Both the position numbers and the translations under genes were made by a program. Below the pieces are notes generated by a model. That model was not told the origin of the DNA. It made no database searches and was given only the letters and a program-made list of their open reading frames with translations. A stretch of 64,000 bases of DNA from Bigelowiella natans CCMP2755. Its lineage: Eukaryota > Protista > Cercozoa. The stretch spans positions 1-64,000 of the forward strand of contig ADNK01000067.1 of the NCBI GenBank assembly GCA_000320545.1. The letters are read 5' to 3'. Below, piece by piece: positions 52,512 through 64,000 of this stretch (its first letter is position 1; every line of letters starts with the position of its first letter).

Positions 52512-54809
52512 ATGGTGGTGGTAGTAATAATACCCTCAGTGCCAGTAGAACCACCGGTGAAGACTTGACTGGACAACATACGTGATTGGTACTGCGCGAA
52601 TTTGATCTTGTCGAGAGAGAGGGGCTCTCCCGTTAGCTTGCCTAGCTCATGGGCTACGACTTGCGCGACCTTTACTTGGATTCCTTGTCCCATCGGCGTA
52701 GCGCCGTGCATCACACACACGGTGCCGTCGGTGTACAGATTCACGAGTGCGGAGCGTTTCCAAATGTTCACCTTTGAGGGCGATGATGTGATGATCATGG
52801 TGGTGAATAAGGACGCTGCTGCTGCTGATGATGATGAGCGATAACGGGTGATGATGATGATAATGATTACTGATACTGATTAATGTTATCAACGATTGCA
52901 TTAAAGATAAGCACTATTGGAACAATAAGCAGTGAGAAGGAAATAAATTCCCGGTAGTCTACTTTTTTTGCAGAGAATATTAAGATCATATCGTCGTCAG
53001 CAGCATTTTAATCGAATATGTATATATCTCACTGCTATACCTAACTACTACTGCTGCAACTGTCTGTCAGCATGCCTAGCTGCACCTATTACCTTGTAGC
53101 GCATTGGCACCATACAGATTCCCTTCTTCTTGAGCTTGTTGGTGCTGTTAAAGGCTTTGACCTTTTCACTACGTTTTTTGTAGTCGCAGGACGCCTCTAG
53201 CTCCTCCCAGCATTTCAGTGCCGTGTACTTGTCGAGCTCGGCGAAACCGCAGTCCTTCAGGATCTGTTGTTGTCGTTGAAGGAGAGACGTAAGGTATGGG
53301 CTCGGAGGCTGCGATAGAGCAGCGCTAGCGACACTTATTACAACAAACGCTCATAAATCCATATTATACGTATTTTAGATACTGCGACAGGGCAATTGCG
53401 CCATTGTCCTTGTGTTGTTGTTGTTGTTGTTGTTGTTGTTTCTACTACCTTTTCATCATCCGGAAGCATATTAGTCTTGCGGACTTGATGAGGGTCGAGA
53501 TTGAGCGCGTGGGCGACGTGCTCGATGATGGTTTCAATATGCACAGACGCCTGGATCTCGCCTGGCCCGCGCATCACCTGAGTTTGTGAACAAAGAAACA
53601 ACACCACGAACAAGAAAAGGGTGATTATGCAAAGCAGAACACAGAATTCAATTTAAACCAACTAATTCTAAAGCATATCCGCTCGCAGCAATACCACTGT
53701 CTCTGTTTATGATTTATGGCTAATCGAGAAGCAATCGAATTCACATATTTAGAATTTGTTGTTCTTGCATTGTCGGGAGCGCGGACGCTACGCATTGTAC
53801 ACCGACATTGACAGGAGCTTCGTTGGTGAGACACATGCGCGCTGTGATCTCCCTATTAGGAAGATGATACGCCTGCGTGAGTGCACTCCCAACGGACATG
53901 TTTGTGAACCAGCCGAGGTTGGCAGAGGCACCGCTTGCAAGCATATGCTCGAAGCTGAGCGCTTTGATCTTGCCCTCTTTCCCAGAGGCGACCTGCATTG
54001 TGTACATATGCAAGTTCACCAGGACATGGAGGTAAGCAAGTTGTGTGACAATATCTATGCAAAGGTCATCCACTGTCTCTGCCATTATATTTCATCATCA
54101 TCATCATCGTCATCATCATCGTCATCATCATCATCGACCACCCCCATCCCCACCTTGTAACTAGCTTCGCAGTCTGGTCTCCCCCCTACAAGCTGCATGT
54201 CGCAGTTTCGATCCAGATGCACATACACGGGCGCGTTGAAGCGTGTTGCGGCAATGGCTGTGATCTGTGCGCCGTAGCCGATGTTCTTCCCTCCGAACGA
54301 CCCTCCCATCCGACCATGCACTATATTAATCATGCTCATAGGTTTCTTCACAGCTGCGGCAATGTTGGAATTCGCCCCTTGAGGCCACTGCGAAGAGACC
54401 ACCACCCTGATGCCGCGTTCTTCGTCGGGGACGGCGTAGGCGAAGCACGGATCCATGTAGAAGTGTTTCTGCCTTCCAACTCTGGATTTTCCTTTCAGAA
54501 CTACGCCCTTCCCTTCCTCATCGGCGAATACCTTCTTCGCGTCGCCCGCGTCGTTCTTGAACTCGGTTGGGAGGAAGGGGAGGCTCGGAATGATCTCTTT
54601 GCTTTCTACCGCCTTTGCAATGGAGAGAATAGCCTCCTTGCCGTCAGCCTGCTCTTCGTAGATCACGCGAACGAATCGGATGGCGTTCCGTGCTTGCTCC
54701 AGCGAGTCGGCGATTAGCAGACCCACACATGCACCGCTGAGGTTAGTCGTAGTAGCAGTTGTTGTAGTAGTAGTAGTAGTAGTAGTAGTAGTAACCAAGC
54801 TCGCGTGAG

Positions 54810-54841
<32 letters not shown>

Positions 54842-57800
54842 TGTGTTTGCGAATAAGGAATATAAGATTTGCAGCCGTAATCCCCCCCACCCCCTCATCT
54901 TTACCATTACCATCTCCTTAATAATAAATAATAATAATAATCACAATAAGAAATCAAATCATGGTGGTCATGATACCTGTAAGGCACCTCCTCGCCCTTA
55001 CCGAGGACAGTCGTGGGCTTGTAATAGCACGTAAGCTTATCTCCAAGATCATAGGGTTCGCCAGTAACGGACCAGGTGTTGTCGCCTACCTCTGCTTTGG
55101 CAACGTGCCTACAGTTGGGGAGGAGAAGAGTACAAAGATCATTATTCTCTAATGAATCTACTGCTTCGACTTTAGACACACCATGCATGCATACACGCGA
55201 CAAAAGCAACATCTCCAACTGATAAATAAATAAATAGATGGATAAGCAGTTAATAGATAGCTACCCCCTGACTCCAGGCTGCTTCAGAGCCACAGAGAAG
55301 TCGACGTCTTTGATCACAGCTCGAGCTCGACGTGCGTAGGCAATGGCTCCGAACAGGGTACCGCCCACAGGAGTCGTGTCTGAGTTGAACCTGACAGTTT
55401 TCACCAAAATCACCCATCATGATCATCATCATCATCATTACCACCACCACCATTCACCACCACCACTAGCATTTCGGGTGGTCATCATTTCATGGCGAAT
55501 TTCGGTCCATCGTCCACGCAGGGGTACCAACTTTGCGCTGCCTGAGGAGAGAAGTTTCCCGCTGAGGAGGGGGATTGGAAGAGAGACGGGAGCGTGCTCC
55601 TCACTGAAGCCGAATGACTGTTTGGCGCAGGATACTCTCAATCGCTTTGCATCGATAGTCTCTGCAGCGGACGCGACTGTTTTGTCGCTTTTCGAGGAGA
55701 ACCCCAAACAGAATCTCACGAAAAAACTATCGGCCAATGCCACGCGCGAAGACGCACGGAGGCCTCCTGACAATGGATCGAGATGGTATGTTAGATGATG
55801 ATAAGTGGGTTCATCATAAGAGTTGCAAATAATAACAGTGATAAGACTTAGACTGATGGCGCGTAAAATAATAGTAATAATTTCTAGACTGATGGCGGCA
55901 AAGCCGAGCGTGCATGCGCTTCTTTTCCTACCAGCTTTCTTGACCATTTGCTCCACAGCCTCTCGGAGGGCCTTGCGCGCCTTGCGATATACGCTATTGG
56001 TCAACTTCTTCCCTTCCATGATCTTCTCCACCCCCCCCATCCTGATAGCGTGAGAGCCAGCATCCTCATGCGACATCAGTCCCCCGTACGCTATAGTAAC
56101 TCCTTTCACCACACCGTCGCTCCCGCACGAAGCCTTGAAGGCGGCGTTGACGATAGCATGCGCATTCACGGGGCGAATTGCCGCACGGTAGGTCTTGAAC
56201 ACGGCACCAGCCCCCGCGTGGAAGGGAATGAAAATGGATTCGAGAAGCGTCATGTCTACGGGCAGCTTGGGAGTAGCGAGGAACTCCTCCATCGTCTCCT
56301 TCTTGTCGGTTTTCCCCGCCCATTTTACGATTGCACCAGCTCCGAGAAGGATCGTTGCTAGGTCGGAGAGAAACCTGTGGTGACGGCGTCACCAGTAATG
56401 GAGGCCAGGGCGCGATATTAGTTGGGTTTCGTTTGTGCGTGCATTAAAGGATGATAGTCATGTATTACTCTACGCTAGATATTCACCCCCCCCCCTCCTC
56501 CTCCTCTTCCTTCTTCTTCTTCTCCTCATTCTCTACATCTGCTACAATCATCCTTTGGTTTTTGCGACAACAACAACAACAACAACTACTACTACTACTA
56601 CTATCACTACCCTTTGGTCTTCGCGAGCATGATATTTCCTGCAATACTGCCAGAGTCCCGCACGTGCACATTTGCCACCTTAAAATCACATCACCACCAT
56701 CATCATTATCATTATCGTCCAGGACATTTACCATTATGGCCGGTGACGTAGTACTACTATTTAATACTGCTAGTAAGAGCACACTCGTGGGACAAATACG
56801 CTCTCCTTCACAGTCGCATTTCGTTTTATTGAGAGTGAACAATGCCGTACCTTCTTCATGTGTGCTACAAGCGGTGCAAACGACACGCTCGCGCTGGTGA
56901 TATCGAAGCCATATACGAATGAGCGCAATGATTTTAAGCGACGATGAAGATATTTCGCGGGCGACGATAGAAAGAGCTAATATGCTGCTTCACAGATAAA
57001 TGAGGGAACGAATTTGTTGCTTTCTTTACCTTTTATTTGCGGTGAGGGCATTCATAACGTGTGAGATCTTGGATGCTGCTCCGACAACAATGCCATCGCC
57101 AACCACTGCATCGTGCACATTACAAGTTCAGCACAACCAAACGCAAGTAATCAAAAAATAAAATAGAAAAAATCACACCTTTGACGCCGTTGATTTCAGG
57201 AATATCCGAGATATCAATGAATCTTTTACCAACATTACAGAATAAAACAACCAGTTGAATTAGCCACATAAATGAGTAGTAAAATCATGTACTTCCCAAT
57301 CGATTTTCTCAGGGAATGCATTAGGTTTCTGCTGTCGTCTCATTCGATCCCTCCCTCCCTTAGCTCCATCAATTAAACTACTACCTACACTCTCTGCCAT
57401 CGAGTTTCTTCGCTCTATTGCTCCCTATTTCTAAGCCCTCTCATGGCCCTACGACTCCCTGACAGTTGCTTTTCATCTATGGCCTCCCTCCCTCCCTCCT
57501 CCCCTCCCTGTAACAAGTGAATAAAACTAGACGCACGTTTTGTACTCCTTTGACTCGAGGTGCCAATGATGCGTTCTCTTCAGCCCCTTCTCTTCGGAGG
57601 AATCAGAAACGAATGCGGGCTTGTAGATGCCGTAGCTTGTTTTCCCTGATAGTCGTAACAAATCCCACGCATACGACGCAAAGAGCACACCATGTTGTTA
57701 TTACAAACTCAGGTACACAGCAACGAGGTATGGAGGAGGACTTCTCCCCTTCCTGATGAGATTGTGTTACATACGCACAGAACCGCCAACACGTTATGTT

Positions 57801-59671
57801 CGATATGGGGAAGGAGGGGGGCGGGAGAGAGTACCAACGGTAAGGCGAGCGTCTGGATATGCGGCCATAGCCTTTGCAAGCGCATCCATACTGCTCGCAG
57901 GTTTCACCCTGAGGAGGATTCAGGGAAGGAGAAGATATATATCGTCATCGTTTATTTGCAAATTGTGAACCCTCCTTTTTTCTTCCCTGTCCAAGCGCCT
58001 TCTTTGCTTATCCACCGCCACCATCCGTGAATGCCGAACTACGTACACCTCTGCACTGCTCTACTAGTACTAGTACTAGTCTCTACTAGTTCTAGTACTA
58101 GTACTATTGCTACCAGGTGATTCCGTTTTTACTGAAGGCGATACTTTGCTTACTCTCGAAGCCTTTTAGCTCCTCCGGAAACTTTTGATCCCACTTTTCC
58201 ATATCGTAGCACCCTTTCGTGTAGCTCTGCATTCCAATAAATGCATAAATAAATGCATATGATGTTGTTGTGTAAACGGGCCGCGCAATGGGCAGTGCGG
58301 AATTAAGGGGGGAAAAAAATGATTGGCCCATTTGAGAATCATATTGAATGGAATGGCTTTTTAATGACTGTTTGCCAGTGAGACAAGGCTAGCGCGACAC
58401 TGATAGTGGCGTGGTTACGAATAACCTTTTTGCAGATGTGGTCAACGGTGTCTGAGTCTTTCGCGAATGACTTAGCAGTGTCAAGAATCGGACGGTATCC
58501 TGATGATGAAATGATGTGACGATTGATAGTAATGGTGTGATAGCAAGATTTAACTTTGATGATGATAATCAACGACAAGGACGATGGAGCAGTATAATAA
58601 ATTGTAGGATGAAAACATCCACGTAGGGCTAGAAATACTTGCGATGGCAAAGCGCGTCGCGTGTATGGTAAACATTTCCAATTCCGCTTATCTACCTGTG
58701 CAACGACAGATATTGCCATCCAACTGCGATTCCATGTATGCCATATCAGCACTCGGATTCTTCTTGAGCGCCTGGTACATCGTCATGACCATGCCGGGGG
58801 AACAAAATCCACACTGGAGTCCATTCATCTACGGAAAGTATGATATTATTAGATACTTCTGTTGTCCTCATATGCATGGCTGTCATTACCTGAGCTAGGC
58901 GTTTTTGGATAGGATGGAAGGTATCACCCTCTGGTGTGTCAGCTGTACGGTTTTTGAGAGCTTTTGTTCGAAGCCCCTCGACAGTTGTGATAGCCCAGCC
59001 GTGAGCGGAAGCTAAAGGGGCCAGGCACGAGTTCACTGACTTGAACTCCTCCTTTTAGATTGTGTTATAGTTGGATTCATAATAGTCACATGTGCGCTTT
59101 TTTAAAGAAAAGGCAGGTTTGGTTTCAGAAGTAAGGAGCTGCGTGCGTTCCTTGGTCAAAACATCGGGATAATAAGAACCCGTTTATTTCAAATGGTAAT
59201 ATCTCAGAGTCACCTTTCCATTAACCCAGCGAGAGAGAGTCATAGCGCATGCCCCGCATCCGCCTTCGCCGCAACCGTACTGTGAAGATATATCAATGAT
59301 TCCTAGTGCAGAATAAACTATGCATTCTTTCCCTCAAGTAAATAGTGAAACATTGACTTTTTTTCGATGGGATGGGAGGGCTTAGTTGAAGATCATACTT
59401 TGGTTCCTTTTAGCCCAGCAACGTCACGAACATAAGACTGGAGGCTCATAGTGGGGTCCACCTGTCATCATGTGCTACAGCATAAGTACAAGAGCAAACA
59501 TTGATGGGTGTGTTCCAACGTACCTCTCCACTCGACAAAGTTTTCATCTGCCCATTGAGAGCAAAAACGAGTTCTCCTGCGGTATATATTCACATTCAAC
59601 CTCAAATTGTTCGAGAAATGATTTCTTCCCCGTCCCGTCCCCGATCGAGTAGATCCACCTTTTGAAACCAT
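51280..59671 (-). CDS. Xanthine dehydrogenase/aldehyde oxidase family molybdo-flavoenzyme (aldehyde-oxidase-like active site), multi-exon
   Basis: 2Fe-2S motifs GLKGTK/YGCGEGGCGAC, NSCLAPL, QCGFCSPG, DGNICRCTG; FAD domain AAIRPVNAHAIVNAAF; Moco domain QKHFYMDP, RMGGSFGGK, MRGPGEIQA, MGQGIQVKVAQ, GGSTGTE, SLNPAIDIGQAEGGFMQGLG, SSKASGEPP. Confidence 0.96.
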
Positions 59672-61214
59672 GGTGCGCTGCCTTTTGATTTTTTCTTGTG
59701 CACGCGTGTCCGCATTTTCCTGGAATTTCTTTCTTTTTAGCCCTAGAAAACAAACGAGCGACAAAAAAAAAGTGCTGTCGTTTCCAAAGATTTGGATTGA
59801 CTGCAAACTGCGAGCACCCACTTGATTTAAAATAATTTTTCGTCAATTGGAAACCACATGCATTTTCGTTATAAATTTGCAAAAATCTCTTATTTTCCTG
59901 ACCTCAAGAGCCATTGCGGTGGCCCGAACAACTCGCATGTAATAATTATGTACTCCAAGAATTATTGTTGTCGCACTGTTGTAATTCTATGCAATTTTCG
60001 CCAACTTTTATCCTGTGATTTTACTGATCTGAATTCGGTGGTATGTGCTCCAGCGCCCACCGAGCAGAACCGATCAGATCAGATCACATTGCCAGATAGA
60101 TAGGGGTGGGGAAGAGCCGATGATTCGCATTTTTCCATCTGGAGCCGTGCCATATTTTTTGATTCGTACTGCAGTCAGAAAAGGCGAAGAGTTTTTTACC
60201 TTGCAACTTCTGGAGCTGGTTTGCGCTGCAAATGCTCCGTTGACATAATCCCCACATGCCGACCACAGTACGCCTGCAACGAACAGCCCCTTTCACAACG
60301 CTTTCGAAATGGGGGGCTCGATACACCTTGTGGCTTACAGTTTGTATCGGGCTATTATGGCAGCATTTTCTCCCACCCACAACCGACATTCGCAGGAAGT
60401 TTGCACGCAGCTGCCTCTCTCCCCGACCCATCTTTCGTAACAGAAGGTTCCTAAAGCTATTTATAACGCTTACAGAAAGAATACATTGCCATATCTTCGT
60501 CTGGTTGGGTTATTCATATGACAATACTGTGCAGTAGCACTGAAGCCCTGCAACAGCGACTCGATTATCGTATGAAGGCCTTGTTTTTATCCCCCCCCCC
60601 TAAGGTATGAAGGACCATTTTTTGCTTGTAGCCCAAAAATTGGAACATTGCGGAGTCTCTCTAGGCTATGGAGAATAAGAGGCGGAAGGTACTGCCACTG
60701 TCACGCACTTTTAAGTAGTAATGCATGCTGCGAGTTTTTGTGCGTTTTTGTATGCGCGCGCGTGTGTGTGTGTGTGTGTGGATGTATGTATTACATTACA
60801 CTTAGATCTTCAATATCGCACTGATGATATAAACATTTGTCAGCAACACAGCAGTTATGCATAATGATGCTGGCGATCATAAGGTTGTTCACATTTTCAA
60901 AGCACTGTGATAGAAGGGAGCGGAACTCTCACATTCAGTAGTTTGATAAAACACGAAGCTGGCATAGAAGTGGGAACAATAAGAATGAGTGAATCAGCAC
61001 AGCACATACCAAAATCATACTTTGTAAAAGCCACACCATCAACATGAAAGTGGCACACGATATAGATATAGATATAAATATATATATATTTAATATCCTC
61101 GCTGCAGCAAAAACAAATTACTACTCGATCTCTTCTTGCTCTTCTCCCTCTGCGTCCTTTACAATACTAACTCAAGCTCTCCCCCCCTCCCCCCCCCCCC
61201 TTTAGGAGGACCCT

Positions 61215-61773
61215 ATGATAAATTGCAATTCAAGCTCGAGCATTCGCAATAACAACAGCGGGGGATACATCCCTGCGGATTCTTCATCTTGGATGACTCC
61301 GAATACGATCGATGCTGAAGAGATTGAGCAGCAGATTGAGCAGCAAGCCTGGGCCATCATCGATAGCATTGATGCGCCCGGAGGGGGTTTCGATTACATT
61401 GAAAATTGCGAGGACGGCAAGATAGCCAACGGCAGCGCTGCAGCAGGAAGAGAGGTTCAGTTGTTTTATACCCGCCATTCGTATGAATGCAGCGATAATT
61501 TGACGTATGTAACTGTAAGTTTTATGCGTGTTTTTATGTAACGAAATTCTGTTTTTATTGGCAGCATGATGCAGCAACGTTACTACCCGGAAGCTACCTC
61601 TTTGATGGTCAAAATGATAATGAATATCATCACGAGGTTGGGCATGGCGATGCAGATAATGGAGGAGTCGCTTCTTCAAACCTATCCGTTACGTCACTGC
61701 CTGCATTCGACCGAAGAGTGCCTGTAACCGTCGTTAGCGGCTTCCTTGGATCTGGTAATAAGCTCCAAAATGG

Positions 61774-61807
<34 letters not shown>

Positions 61808-62148
61808 ACTGATGGCGATGATGACAAAACAGAGGACAAAACAGCAGCGTAATATTTGCATATATCCAGGTAAAACAACGCTGATGCGGAATCTATGTCT
61901 GGAGTTATCAGCGAAGCGAAAGCTACGCGTGGGCATTATCGTCAACGATGTCGGTCCATTCAATATGGACGCGCACATCCTAGGGCATGCATCCCGCCAG
62001 ATCACGCAGCAGCCGACATTGACAAGGATTCAGCCGAAGCTTGTTGAGGTAAAGCAAGGGTGTGGTGTCTCAGTGTACGTGCACCTCGCAGTGAAAACTC
62101 CTGATGGTTGGGTGGTGGTGGGGAGCGTGGGTGGGGCGTTGAGAATAA

Positions 62149-62185
<37 letters not shown>

Positions 62186-62370
62186 AATTATGATTATTAT
62201 GACTATGATGAATCAAATATGGAATCGTTGTAGTTCTCGAATGGATGCATCTGCTGTACGCTGAGGGAGGATTTGCTTGTAGAGCTGAAAAGGTAGTCGA
62301 TAGTTGCGTTGCCGTCGGTGATAGCCACGATTCATTTCAAGGGGAATGGATAAGTCATACCGTCTCTCTC

Positions 62371-62409
<39 letters not shown>

Positions 62410-62554
62410 CTCTGAATATGAAACGTATGATAAAGAATTCCTTCGTACATCTCATCCTCCTCAGGATGGGAGCTTCAGGGCAGTTTGACTATATATTGGT
62501 CGAGTCATCAGGTACTTATCTACATTGTTTTCACTCTCCTCCTCCTCCTCCTCC

Positions 62555-62586
<32 letters not shown>

Positions 62587-64000
62587 TTAAGATCCTCATC
62601 ATATTCAAATACAGATCAATATACGAATAGCTACTAACTAATAAGAACAAGCACATCAGCACCACTCACCATCACCATCGATTGGCAAATCATCATCAGG
62701 AGTCTCCGAGCCAATGCCCGTCGCGGAGACCTTCACCTTCCAGGATGTGCCCCTGTCGTCGCAAAATGACGACGAAGGCACCATCGAAGCAGCAACTACA
62801 GAAGAACAACGGGTAGTAGTATCGCTGCATTATGATCTCTCGTGCATGTTACACAATCACTGAACAGTCTAAGAGAAGAGAGTCATGGAGAATAAAGGGA
62901 GGGGGAGGGGGGCGGGGAGGAGTGAAATGGCCAAAATAGTCTTCTTTCCATTCCTTCATTCCTTGCTCCTCTTCACACTGCAACCCTGGGAAGGTTCCCC
63001 TCCTCACTACATTTCTCCACTTTGCAGAGGATGATGAATCTTTCCAGCTTCGTTCGTCTAGACACCCTTGTTACTGTCGTGGACGCGGAAACCTTCCACA
63101 AGTACCAAATCATTGCGCAATAGGAGAATAGAATGCTTTGCCAGAGCAGGATTATCATCGGCCTCCTCATCATCTACCACAACAACGGCAGCGTGGACAA
63201 ACAATTTAATAACGTTACTACTGCTACTATTATAAAAAGTATCACTGTCTTTGATAGTGCGGTGACGTCATCATCATCATCATCAGCATCATCATCGTCA
63301 TCATCATCGTCATCATCACTACTATGTAGGTACCTACCAAACCATCATCGTCATCATCAGCATCATCAGCGGCATTGCCTCAAGAAGCGCAACACCACGA
63401 CGATACAACACAACAGCACTGATCAACTCCTCTATGACAGACTAGAGTCTACGATGATCCCCCCCCCCCCCTCTCCTCGAAAAGACGCTGAATTCCGTCG
63501 CCACCAAGCAGCACCAAGGCATGATGACGACGATTACAATAATGGCTACCGAAACCCTCCTCCTTCCAAACGACGGTAGGGATGATAGTGATAATAATGA
63601 CTTTTAGATTGTACATGGACACGCGCCAACGTTTGAGTATTCCAGTCGGCTCATCCTCCTTTTCCATATTTTTCCTTGCTCCTTTGCGCTGGCCCCAATG
63701 CCCTCCTCTTCGTCAGGAAAAGGGAGGCAGAAAGAGAAGAAGGAGAAGCACATATCCGGGCAAAAACCCTTGGAATCAGCGAAGAAAAGCCCTCTTCTTT
63801 TTATCAGTTCTCCGCGACAAACGAGAGAAATAGCAGCAGCGACGGGAGGGCAATGCCACTGGACAAGCTAATAGTCCAACAGATTGAATTCGCGGATAAA
63901 ATTCTCGTAAACAAGGTGCGTCAGTAAATGCTTTCAATATAGATATTGTAATAGTAGTCGTGGTGGTGGTGGTGGTGGTGGTGGTACTAGTAGTGGGAAA
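61215..64000 (+). CDS. ZNG1: COG0523/CobW-family P-loop GTPase metallochaperone (ZNG1/CBWD-like), 3'-incomplete
   Basis: VPVTVVSGFLGSG/KTTL, IIVNDVG, NGCICCTLREDLL (CxCC), FDYILVESS/GVSEPMPVAETF, RLDTLVTVVDA, QQIEFADKILVNK. Confidence 0.92.

Larger units (their letters stand above)
87..63990. repeat. Dense intronic microsatellites: (TA)n, (CA/TG)n, (TC/GA)n, (TAG/CTA)n, (CAT/ATG)n, (GAG/CTC)n
   Basis: Most introns of the large genes carry one or more runs, e.g. 87-153, 9148-9202, 16798-16868, 24001-24044, 37807-37888. Confidence 0.95.

Noticed and set aside
59700-61200. Possible RNA gene or element in the AO-CobW intergenic region (repeated gtatgaagg, C/G runs)
   Set aside because: No tRNA, snRNA or terminal-repeat structure could be supported; TA content is normal.
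87-63990. Many short ORFs with poly-I/Y, H/T, C/V, S or M runs
   Set aside because: These are translations of intronic microsatellites.

Overview
Intron-rich nuclear DNA of a protist-type eukaryote; a rhizarian or similar lineage is possible but cannot be shown from the sequence. The window holds about 13 spliced protein-coding genes whose short introns are packed with di- and tri-nucleotide microsatellites. In order: hypothetical coiled-coil protein (-), sphingosine-1-phosphate lyase (+), UNC-45/UCS myosin chaperone (+), secreted PHB-depolymerase-like hydrolase (-), aspartate kinase with a mitochondrial-type presequence (+), hypothetical (-), TPT/SLC35 transporter (+), myristoylated GIDE-like protein (-), carboxylesterase B (+), mitochondrial uS10-like protein (-), hypothetical (+), aldehyde-oxidase-type molybdo-flavoenzyme (-), and a COG0523/CobW GTPase (+, runs off the end). 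The most striking non-gene signal is a ~2.9 kb island (39,885-42,743) almost devoid of TpA: 5 counted by eye, none over ~1.47 kb, while CpG, ApT, AA and TT persist. It contains repeats and gene fossils, and differences between repeat copies fall on TA/TG/CA/CG positions. This suggests a targeted TpA-to-TpG/CpA (A-to-G) hypermutation process, the opposite of fungal RIP, with a weaker similar signature at gene 3' flanks. Exon structures were assembled by eye, so gene termini are approximate where noted.
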